From the IMG/VR virus record IMGVR_UViG_3300012286_000370, positions 1 to 28,697 of that record: 28,697 nucleotides of DNA. The stretch is one strand, 5' to 3'. Origin of the DNA: a virus. Lineage: Duplodnaviria; Caudoviricetes. Made by a program: the position numbers and the translations under genes. Below the pieces are notes generated by a model, which saw only the letters and a program-made list of their open reading frames with translations, had not been told where the DNA came from and made no database searches. This document shows, one piece after another, positions 19,746 to 27,767 of the stretch; positions within the stretch are counted from its first letter, which is position 1; every line of letters begins with the position of its first letter.

Positions 19746-21786
19746 AGCTCTTATCCAGCCTATTTTAGAGGCAGAAGGGCAAAAAATTGCTCTTGTTCCT
19801 GGTGGGTTTAAACCACCCACAATGGGTCACTTTTATTTAGTTGATGAAGTATCTAAAAACTCAAACATTGACAAAGTAATCGTTTTAATTGGTCATAAGG
19901 ATCGAGATGGTGTTTCTAAAGAGGAAAGTAAAGTAATATGGGATATTTACAAAAAATATCTACCTTCTAACGTTGAAATCCAAATTGCAGACAATTCTTC
20001 TCCAATTGCGGATGTTGCCTCTATAATCAAAAATAATCCACAAAATACTTACTATCCTGTAGTAGGAATTCGAGGTGAAATGGATTTAGGTGATTTAAAA
20101 CGATTCGATAGTTTAAAAGGAAAATACGATAATTTCCAAACCATCGTAATAAAATCAGAAGGTGAAGACCGTATTAGTGGTACAAACACACGTGCTGCTT
20201 TAATTGGTGGAGAAAAAGAACGATTCCAAACCTATCTCCCAACTGAACTTTCAGATGAAGAAAAAGATAAAGTATGGAATATCTTACAAAAAACACCCAT
20301 TAAAGAATTTGTTACACAATCCGAACTGGATGATGTTGAAAAAATAGCAGATGAGTGGTTTGAAGATTATGGTATTGATGTTCAATTTACAAAACACTTT
20401 ATAGAACGAGTAAATGATGAACGTAATGGGAAACCTATCTCTGCTGAAGAATTAGAAGATCTATTTACCCAAACTGCAGAAAAATACGGAGAGAAATTAG
20501 CTAATCTCCCAGATGATTATCAAGCGGTATTATTTAAATTACGTAACGATATCAACTTACCATTTGCTCTAAATTACGATGATAGAAATGATGAGATGGA
20601 CTTGGTTGCTAAAACGGTAATGCGTAAGAAAAACTTCCAAACATCTAATCCAAAATTAGCTTTACAAGAAATGTACGCTGAACCTAGCGAACATGACTAT
20701 CCTAAATTGATAAAATCACTTACAGAATATATGTTAGATAAAGGTATGAATATACGTCCTTTACCTAAAGTAAAATTTGTAGATGATGATATTGAAAATG
20801 CTAGAAATTTTTTCGGTAAAACAGCGTATTACGACCCGAATAACCGCATTGTAGTACTTTATACAATGGAGCGTCATCCAAAAGATGTTATGCGTTCATT
20901 CGCGCACGAAATGATCCACCACATGCAAAATTGTGATGATCGTTTAGGTAATATTACTACACAAAATACAAACGAAGAAGGTGATTTGCCTGAAATTGAA
21001 AGAGAAGCATACGAAAAAGGAAATATGACTTTCCGTAATTGGACAGATACATTAACTGAAGGTGTACTTGGAGATAGAATTGAATGTGATAATTGTGGAT
21101 GGAGTTGGAAAATAGCAGATGGTGGAGACGATTTATATATTTGTCATAAATGTGACCATGATAATACTCCAATACCCCTAAATGAAGGTCGTTACGATAA
21201 AATTACAAATGTTATCTCCTCTAAAATCTTCAACCAATGGAGAGAAGATATCAATAATGGTGCTTTAGCATCTCGCTTAGAGCAATCATTTCCATTTGAA
21301 GACGAGGAAATCTCAATAGATGCTAACATTTCAGTTACCCCAGGAACGGGCATGCTTAAAGTAGATGGTGGTGCTGATGATCAAGAAGATTATATTGAAG
21401 TACGTTTTGAAATAGACCCTGAAAAACTTCCTGAATTTTGGAGAGAAATTTCAATGAATCTAAAAGATGTTATTCGCCACGAAATTGAACATTTAACCCA
21501 TGGTGAAGGATTTACCTCTAACCCAGATAAAACAATGGATGATGATATGTTTATCCGTCAAATGATAGACATGGAAATGTTACCTAAAGCAGATTATTTT
21601 AAGCTTGAAAAAGAAATAGATGCAAATTTGCAAGGCATGTATTTTCGCGCTAAAAAAGAAAAACGTCCATTTGGAAACGTTATCAACACATATTTAGACG
21701 CTCAAGATATTACTCCTGAACAAAAAGAAGAGATTATGGATCTTTGGAGACGCAGACTACCTGCATTAAATTTACCAAAATTCTAA
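19729..21786 (+). CDS. multidomain polyvalent protein: HIGH nucleotidyltransferase, BECR-like RNase, zincin, Zn ribbon, second zincin
   Basis: PGGFKPPTMGH and ISGTNTR (cytidylyltransferase-like); FTKHFIERVND; AHEMIHH...EREA; CDNC...CHKC; RHEIEH...EIDA. Confidence 0.7.
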   Translation: MNSLVKALIQPILEAEGQKIALVPGGFKPPTMGHFYLVDEVSKNSNIDKVIVLIGHKDRDGVSKEESKVIWDIYKKYLPSNVEIQIADNSSPIADVASIIKNNPQNTYYPVVGIRGEMDLGDLKRFDSLKGKYDNFQTIVIKSEGEDRISGTNTRAALIGGEKERFQTYLPTELSDEEKDKVWNILQKTPIKEFVTQSELDDVEKIADEWFEDYGIDVQFTKHFIERVNDERNGKPISAEELEDLFTQTAEKYGEKLANLPDDYQAVLFKLRNDINLPFALNYDDRNDEMDLVAKTVMRKKNFQTSNPKLALQEMYAEPSEHDYPKLIKSLTEYMLDKGMNIRPLPKVKFVDDDIENARNFFGKTAYYDPNNRIVVLYTMERHPKDVMRSFAHEMIHHMQNCDDRLGNITTQNTNEEGDLPEIEREAYEKGNMTFRNWTDTLTEGVLGDRIECDNCGWSWKIADGGDDLYICHKCDHDNTPIPLNEGRYDKITNVISSKIFNQWREDINNGALASRLEQSFPFEDEEISIDANISVTPGTGMLKVDGGADDQEDYIEVRFEIDPEKLPEFWREISMNLKDVIRHEIEHLTHGEGFTSNPDKTMDDDMFIRQMIDMEMLPKADYFKLEKEIDANLQGMYFRAKKEKRPFGNVINTYLDAQDITPEQKEEIMDLWRRRLPALNLPKF

Positions 21787-21795
21787 CTTTACAAA

Positions 21796-22320
21796 ATGCC
21801 AAATTTATTAGATTTATACGAAGCAATTAAACCTAAATATACCATTTTCTGTGATATGGATGGTGTATTAGTTGACTTTGATAAAGGGTATAAAGACCTA
21901 ACTGGTAAACATACTAAACATGCTGATCTACAAGACAAAAATGAATTTTGGGGATTGTTAGCTCGTAGTTTAAAAGATAAAGGTCTAACAGAATATGATT
22001 ATTGGGTAAATTTGCCCTGGATGCCTGATGGACAAACACTTTGGGACTATATTAAAGGATATAACCCATACATTTTAACAGCTCCTTCAATGGATCCTGG
22101 TTCTAAACAAGGGAAAAAAGAATGGGTTGAACGCTTAGATGGAATGAAAAAATTATACTTCAAACCAGCTAAATTCAAACCAGAATATGCTGGTAAAAAT
22201 CGTATTTTGATAGACGATAGACAAGATACCATTGATGGATGGAATGCTAAAGGAGGTATAGGTATCTACCACACCACAGCAGCTAATACTATTAAACAAT
22301 TAAAAGATTTAGGGTTATAA
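21796..22320 (+). CDS. HAD-superfamily 5'(3')-deoxyribonucleotidase-like phosphatase
   Basis: FCDMDGVLVDF motif I, ILTAP motif II, K, and LIDDR motif IV. Confidence 0.85.
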   Translation: MPNLLDLYEAIKPKYTIFCDMDGVLVDFDKGYKDLTGKHTKHADLQDKNEFWGLLARSLKDKGLTEYDYWVNLPWMPDGQTLWDYIKGYNPYILTAPSMDPGSKQGKKEWVERLDGMKKLYFKPAKFKPEYAGKNRILIDDRQDTIDGWNAKGGIGIYHTTAANTIKQLKDLGL

Positions 22321-22892
22321 TGGCAGATAATGTTTTAAAAAAAGAGTTTCAAAAACGTGATGTAGAACGTTTACGTAACCTTGTAAAAGGTAAACATGGT
22401 GAACGCACTACCATGGGGATTGGTTATAATGGTGAAGTAAGAGAAGACTATAAAGAAGGTGATATTTGGGAAGAAAAAGGTAAAACTTGGACTATCCGAG
22501 ATGGTATTAAAGAAAATGTTACTAAACTTGATAAATTTAAGTTAGCAGCTGTTCCTTTATTTTGTCCAAAATGTAAACAAGTAATGGATAAACAGCTAGA
22601 TCCATTTTATTTTAAATCCTATAACGAATGTTTAGATTGTAGAACCAAAACTGAAACTCAGATGAAAATTGCTGGTACTTGGGAAGATTATACTAATCAA
22701 ACATTTAACACTGAAATTGACATTCAAATACAAGAATATAAAAAATGGTTTGAAAGTATTCTCCAAGATACAGCTAATGGGTATGTATCTGAAAATGGTG
22801 AAGTACAAAAATGGGTTGGTGGAATAGATAAAGATCGTGCTCAACAATCTTTAGACGATGGTATTAAATATTTAACCTCACTTAAAAAATAA
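22320..22892 (+). CDS. hypothetical protein with zinc-finger motif
   Basis: CPKC...CLDC. TAATG-coupled on both sides. Confidence 0.7.
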   Translation: MADNVLKKEFQKRDVERLRNLVKGKHGERTTMGIGYNGEVREDYKEGDIWEEKGKTWTIRDGIKENVTKLDKFKLAAVPLFCPKCKQVMDKQLDPFYFKSYNECLDCRTKTETQMKIAGTWEDYTNQTFNTEIDIQIQEYKKWFESILQDTANGYVSENGEVQKWVGGIDKDRAQQSLDDGIKYLTSLKK

Positions 22893-23518
22893 TGGAAACT
22901 TTTGCTATGTTCACAACCATAATTGTAGCGCTAATTACTGCTGTAGTTGGACCTATTGTAGTTAATTGGGTAAAACTCAAAATGGAGAAAAAAGATGAAA
23001 AAACTCCTGTACGTGAAGCTCTTGAAACTTCAAACTTAATAGAGGATCAATTAGATGCTATGATGGAAGAACTTGATTGTGACCGTATTTGGCTAGCTCA
23101 ATTCCATAATGGAGGTCACTTTTACCCTACAGGAAAATCAATTCAGAAATTTTCTTTTTTCCATGAAAAAACATCTCCAAACATCCCAAACATCCAACAC
23201 ACATTCCAAAATATTCCTGTATCTTTATTTCCTAGAGTACTAGCTAAAATCTACAAAGATACAGAATTAGCTATTGATGATATAAGTACAGCATCCGATA
23301 CCTATGGTTTAGAACATTTAACTCTACAATTTGGAACCAAATCTATTTGTATGCTTGGTTTATATAGCTTAGATAATCATTTGATTGGTGTATTAGGTAT
23401 ATCGTTTAAAGAATCCCACCACCTAGTAAGAGATGAATGGTCTTTTATCAGACAGAAAACAGGAGTGATAGGAACATTACTTTCCGAATATTTATACACA
23501 AATAACAAGAAGAAATAA
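22892..23518 (+). CDS. membrane-anchored GAF-domain protein (possible holin)
   Basis: N-terminal TM (IIVALITAVVGPIVVNWV). DCDRIWLAQFHNG...GTKSICMLGL...LIGVLGISF is a GAF-like pattern. Confidence 0.6.
   Translation: METFAMFTTIIVALITAVVGPIVVNWVKLKMEKKDEKTPVREALETSNLIEDQLDAMMEELDCDRIWLAQFHNGGHFYPTGKSIQKFSFFHEKTSPNIPNIQHTFQNIPVSLFPRVLAKIYKDTELAIDDISTASDTYGLEHLTLQFGTKSICMLGLYSLDNHLIGVLGISFKESHHLVRDEWSFIRQKTGVIGTLLSEYLYTNNKKK
23488..23496 (+). promoter_or_regulatory. putative late promoter ATATTTATA
   Basis: Exact motif within the last codons of the upstream gene, 21 nt before ATG 23518. Confidence 0.5.
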
Positions 23519-24198
23519 TGGATAATTTTGACTTAAAAAAATTCTTAAAGGAAAGCAAAGCCCTTGAGAATTTAAATCCTTCTATCAAAGCTATAAACGA
23601 AGGCAATTCTCGTAAAGATGTAAAAGCAAAAATCAAAGACATGATTATTGCTGAATTCGAACTAGGCATTGATAACACAGATAAAATTTCAGATGCAGAA
23701 GCAAATCTTTATGATGATGTTTACGAAGGTAATCCTGGAGAAGAAGAAGCAGAGATGATGGATGCAGCTGCTGATGGTGGATTCTTAGAAGAAGGTTATC
23801 CTGAGGAGTACGAAGAAGATACCTATGATTATAGTAATGATTTCTATGATAGTGAATATGGTGATTCTAACGACTTTGGTGACACTGATGAATTTGACGG
23901 TTACGGAGGATACGATATCGACGAAGCTAAGAAAAAAGATGAAGAAGTAGAAGACGTTGAAATAACTGACACTACTGAAGAATTACCTGCCGATGAAGAA
24001 ATGCCTGCTGAAGAAGCACCTGCTGGTGGTATTGAAGATTTAGCAGCTGATATGAAAGGTACCGAAGCTGATCTTATGGACCACTTAATGAAAGCATTCC
24101 AGATTTCAAAAGGAATGGGTAATGAAAAACTTGAAACACAAGTCGGAAACACACTTAAATTTTTCGTTAGCGAATATATTGGGGGTGGACAAGACTAA
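23518..24198 (+). CDS. highly acidic putative internal head/scaffold-like protein
   Basis: D/E/Y-rich low-complexity core, leader MDNFDLKKFLKE, several [LI]xE motifs. Confidence 0.6.
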   Translation: MDNFDLKKFLKESKALENLNPSIKAINEGNSRKDVKAKIKDMIIAEFELGIDNTDKISDAEANLYDDVYEGNPGEEEAEMMDAAADGGFLEEGYPEEYEEDTYDYSNDFYDSEYGDSNDFGDTDEFDGYGGYDIDEAKKKDEEVEDVEITDTTEELPADEEMPAEEAPAGGIEDLAADMKGTEADLMDHLMKAFQISKGMGNEKLETQVGNTLKFFVSEYIGGGQD

Positions 24199-24227
24199 TA
24201 TTTAATAATCTATAATCAATAAAATCT

Positions 24228-24398
24228 ATGAACACAACTGAACTTTTAGACGCAATCAAAGAACAAGTTGCTATTATGGAAGCTGAGCATGCTAAAACAT
24301 CTAAAGCAGCTCGCGGACGCGCACGCAGTGCAGCTAATAGCATTAAAAAACTTGCAGCAGATTTTAAAAAGACTTCAACTGCAGAAGACAAAGCTTAA
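24228..24398 (+). CDS. histone H1-like Hc1-family small basic protein (56 aa, absent from the ORF track)
   Basis: MNTTELLDAIKEQVAIMEAEHAKTSKAARGRARSAANSIKKLAADFKKTSTAEDKA. KAARGRAR...KKLAADFKKTS resembles the Bacteroidota Hc1-like KAAGxRARK...L.K..KEFRK.S pattern. Fills the intergenic gap with an A-rich leader. Confidence 0.75.
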   Translation: MNTTELLDAIKEQVAIMEAEHAKTSKAARGRARSAANSIKKLAADFKKTSTAEDKA

Positions 24399-24400
24399 CC

Positions 24401-25153
24401 ATGAAACTACACGAGGCATTTTCATCAGAGGAATCTAAAAAAATCTATGACAATTTTTTGGCAATCGTAAACGATCCAAAACGTCGTGATAGGTTAGTTA
24501 GTAAGTATGGTAAAAATGCCGAAAATGTAGCTTATGGTACTGCTGTAAATCAAGTAAAAAAACAAGCGGCCAACAGTATTGAAGAACCCCAACCTGAAGA
24601 AACAATGGAAAATAATAGATTGAGAGAAATGGTTATTGATGCTTTAACAGAAAAGAAAAAATCATTTCCTGATTTGACCGGAGACGGTAAAGTAACTAAG
24701 GCCGATATTTTAAAAGCTCGTGGAGTTGAATTAGAAGAAGATCTTGACCTAGGCCATGAAGATAATGAACCCCATATGATTAAATCAGAACTTTATCGTA
24801 TTGGTAAATACGCTATGGAATTATATAAAATGGTTGATCAATTTGAAGGTCCTCAAGAAGTTGATTTTCCTGGTTGGTGGCAATCAAAAATTACCACTGC
24901 TAAAAACATGATCTCCTCAGCAAAACACTACCTTGAATTTGAGCTACAAGAACCTCAAATTGATGCTATGGTAGGTGTTGCTACTGAAGAAGAAGCAATT
25001 GACGAAATGTCAAAAAAACAAATTAAAAAACGTGGTAAAATCTTCGATGCTTTAAAAGCTCAAGGAATGTCTGATGAAAAAGCAGGTCGTATTGCCACAG
25101 CACAAGCACAGAAAATCAAAGAAGCTATTTTAGCTAAACTTAAAAATAAATAA
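24401..25153 (+). CDS. modular putative internal head protein with an EF-hand/dockerin-like loop
   Basis: DLTGDGKVTKAD 12-residue loop. Modules separated by LHE, LTE, LEE and IDE. Confidence 0.6.
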   Translation: MKLHEAFSSEESKKIYDNFLAIVNDPKRRDRLVSKYGKNAENVAYGTAVNQVKKQAANSIEEPQPEETMENNRLREMVIDALTEKKKSFPDLTGDGKVTKADILKARGVELEEDLDLGHEDNEPHMIKSELYRIGKYAMELYKMVDQFEGPQEVDFPGWWQSKITTAKNMISSAKHYLEFELQEPQIDAMVGVATEEEAIDEMSKKQIKKRGKIFDALKAQGMSDEKAGRIATAQAQKIKEAILAKLKNK

Positions 25154-25626
25154 TGACACGCGAAGAACTTGTAAATAGACTCAAGGCTTTAACCAAGCAG
25201 GTGTACTCAAATATTACAGTAACACCTGAGGAGGCAGTTCAATATGATGAATTGACCAAATTCCCTGAGCTTAAAAAAGTTATCGTTGACTTATTAACTC
25301 CAGAATATGATAGCTTTGTAGCATCAATTGATTGGGTTGCCCCACGTCCTTCTACATTCCGTATCAATTTACAAAACGGACAAATGTTTTATTTGATCTA
25401 TGGTAAACGTAGTTGGATTGCACAGGTAGAAGGTAAAAAATATTACCTACTTAATTTACCTGAAGAAGAAAGAGCTGCTATGTCCATAGCAAATATTTTA
25501 CGCTATGGAGCTAAAGCAGAAGAAGGAGCTGAAGGTGGAGCCGCTGATTTAGGAGCTGAACTCCCAGGAGCTGAAGCACCTGCTGAAACCCCACCAGCTG
25601 AAACCCCAGAAGAAACACCAGCATAA
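25153..25626 (+). CDS. hypothetical protein with acidic Ala/Glu/Pro-rich tail
   Basis: 157-aa ORF coupled on both sides. C-terminal GAE/ETP repeats. Confidence 0.75.
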   Translation: MTREELVNRLKALTKQVYSNITVTPEEAVQYDELTKFPELKKVIVDLLTPEYDSFVASIDWVAPRPSTFRINLQNGQMFYLIYGKRSWIAQVEGKKYYLLNLPEEERAAMSIANILRYGAKAEEGAEGGAADLGAELPGAEAPAETPPAETPEETPA

Positions 25627-26651
25627 TGGATATTTTAGAAAAATTCTTATATAGTATATCTTACAAATTTCCAAAAGGATATCCCGATATGAAGGATCCT
25701 AAGGATGTTATTTTATTAGAATCTCTAATAGCAAAAGTAGGAATTGATATTTTTAGTGAAGATTTAAATGAAAGTGAAACTAAAGGTAAAGCCACTTTAT
25801 TTGAAACTGCTTTAGTTAAAGCATGGTATAATCTAAACAATCAAGAAATCCCTAGTGATGCGGCAGAACAAAAAGATTTAAATGCTTTAACTCCTGAAAT
25901 GATAGAAGATGCTGAAAATATTCTTAAAAAAAATAATCTTACTGGAGGAAATGGTGCTAAACAATTAGGATCATCTTCTGCCCCTTCTACTTCTTTTTGG
26001 AAGTCACATGGAGCAATTAATATTACCCCCAAAACTGATGTTGTACTTGGAGATAAAAAAATATCTGTTAAAGTAGGCCCCTCTCAACTTATGTCAGGGG
26101 CAGGTAATGAATTAACTGCTACATTCTATGCGGCATTAAAAAATAGCCCTAACGTAGAAAAACAATTAGTAGATAATATTGCAAATGATATTAAAAAAGT
26201 ATTTGTTAAAGGTACTACTAAAGCAGGAAATGTTAGACAAGCTAAACAAAAAGGAGATGATGAAGCCTTAAGTATAGCTGTTGATAAAATGGGTGTGCTT
26301 AAAAAAAATATTAAAGACTTTTTCTCTAAAAATCCCGAGTTTTTAACCAATTTTGCTTATGAAGCAGCTACAGGTGAAGAAAAATTTGGAGGCAATGTTG
26401 GTACAGCCGATTATGTACTTTCAGTTGCTTCAAATTACAAAAATGGCAAACTACATAAAATAGATAAAGCATATGCTAAAGAACTTGCTAATAAAATGAA
26501 ACTTGATATCAGCATGAAATCAGGTTCTCAAAAATTAGCAGGAGTAAAAACTGGAAAATATAACTACTATACAGTATTGCGAGCAGGTCTTGAAGATCTA
26601 TTTAATGACCTTTCAGATGATATTAAGGTTGACGACAATATAAACTTTTAA
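25626..26651 (+). CDS. putative PD-(D/E)XK restriction-endonuclease-fold nuclease with N-terminal leader
   Basis: FETAL...TPKTDVVLGDKKISVK (E...D...SxK variant). Leader of about 49 aa ends in DLNE. Confidence 0.5.
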   Translation: MDILEKFLYSISYKFPKGYPDMKDPKDVILLESLIAKVGIDIFSEDLNESETKGKATLFETALVKAWYNLNNQEIPSDAAEQKDLNALTPEMIEDAENILKKNNLTGGNGAKQLGSSSAPSTSFWKSHGAINITPKTDVVLGDKKISVKVGPSQLMSGAGNELTATFYAALKNSPNVEKQLVDNIANDIKKVFVKGTTKAGNVRQAKQKGDDEALSIAVDKMGVLKKNIKDFFSKNPEFLTNFAYEAATGEEKFGGNVGTADYVLSVASNYKNGKLHKIDKAYAKELANKMKLDISMKSGSQKLAGVKTGKYNYYTVLRAGLEDLFNDLSDDIKVDDNINF

Positions 26652-26655
26652 TAAT

Positions 26656-27393
26656 ATGGACAAAACTCGCCTTAAAAAACTCATCCAAGAAGTATACCAT
26701 CACGTTACAGAAGAAAAATGTAGTTGTGGTTGCAACACTTGTGAAAACGTAGGTAACGCCGGTGTTATCTTAAACGAAAGTGTAGCTCCAAGAGAGATAT
26801 TATCGGAAAATCTGCGTTATCACGTGGAAAATAAACTCCCACTTACCGAAAACACGTTCCGATATGGTTCCAAATCGTTTCTCAATTTATGGGCAGAAGC
26901 TCGTTCATTGTATTTACGTGAAGTAATTCATGTAAACGATGATGATAAAGAAATTTTAGAGGAAACTGATCTTGGTAACTATGGAATGTATGAAGGTGTT
27001 CAAGTGCCTTTAGGCTTACCTATGTTAGACGAAAACTCTCCTGCATATAAAGGTCCTGAAGGGTACGATGATAGTACTGATAGTTATCCTGAGGATAAAC
27101 TTGAAGAAGCAGAAGGTAAAAAGAAAAACCCACCAATTGGGAAACCAAAACGTGGCGGATCTAAAAAATTCTACGTTTACGTTAGAAATAAAGGAAAAAT
27201 CAAAAAAGTTAGCTTTGGAGATACATCTGGACTATCAGCTAAAATAAATAACCCAGAAGCACGTAGAGCATTTGCTGCACGTCACGATTGTAAAAACAAG
27301 AAAGATAAAACTAAAGCATCTTATTGGTCATGTCGCTTACCACGATACGCTAAATTGCTTGGATTAAAATCTTCATTTTCAGGATTTTGGTGA
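26656..27393 (+). CDS. modular hypothetical protein with basic C-terminal domain
   Basis: Leader MDKTRLKKLIQE, CSCGCNTC motif, and C-terminal KKFYVYV...KKVSFGD...RRAFAARHDC...YWSC. Confidence 0.7.
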   Translation: MDKTRLKKLIQEVYHHVTEEKCSCGCNTCENVGNAGVILNESVAPREILSENLRYHVENKLPLTENTFRYGSKSFLNLWAEARSLYLREVIHVNDDDKEILEETDLGNYGMYEGVQVPLGLPMLDENSPAYKGPEGYDDSTDSYPEDKLEEAEGKKKNPPIGKPKRGGSKKFYVYVRNKGKIKKVSFGDTSGLSAKINNPEARRAFAARHDCKNKKDKTKASYWSCRLPRYAKLLGLKSSFSGFW

Positions 27394-27767
27394 TGAATAG
27401 AATAGAAAAAATTATACAAGAAGTAATTAAAGAACGTCCTGGTTTATGGGCTAATATACGTGCTAAACGTGAGCGTGGAGAATCTCCTGCTCGTAAAGGG
27501 TCTAAAGCGTATAAAACAGCAGTTAAAGCAGGTAAGGAAATTAATAAACTTTCTGAAGGAGAAACCCCGGAACTTCAATTCCCTGATGGTTTCCAACCTG
27601 CAAAATCCATTCCAAAAGGTGGTGCTATGTGTGCTAACTGTGCTAAATGGAATGAAAAAACACAATTGTGTGAAGGTCAATACTATATTGATTGGCATGG
27701 TAATGGTGAAATTCCTGCTGAACCAACTGAATATGTTTGTATTTGGTGGGTAGGTGAAAAAAAATGA
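27393..27767 (+). CDS. small modular protein with a basic module and a HiPIP-like four-cysteine domain
   Basis: Start is ATG 27393 (TGATG overlap). PGLWANIRAKRERGE basic module, then CANC-x9-C-x22-CIWW. Confidence 0.6.
   Translation: MNRIEKIIQEVIKERPGLWANIRAKRERGESPARKGSKAYKTAVKAGKEINKLSEGETPELQFPDGFQPAKSIPKGGAMCANCAKWNEKTQLCEGQYYIDWHGNGEIPAEPTEYVCIWWVGEKK

Noticed and set aside
25507-25623. GGAGCTGAA/GAAACCCCA short repeats
   Set aside because: They simply encode a low-complexity Gly/Ala/Glu/Pro tail and lack the regular spacing of a CRISPR or iteron array.
27460-27753. Alternative-frame + strand ORF of 97 aa
   Set aside because: Nested in 27393..27767, which has coupled start and stop and recognisable motifs. 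The alternative has a non-ATG start and no features.
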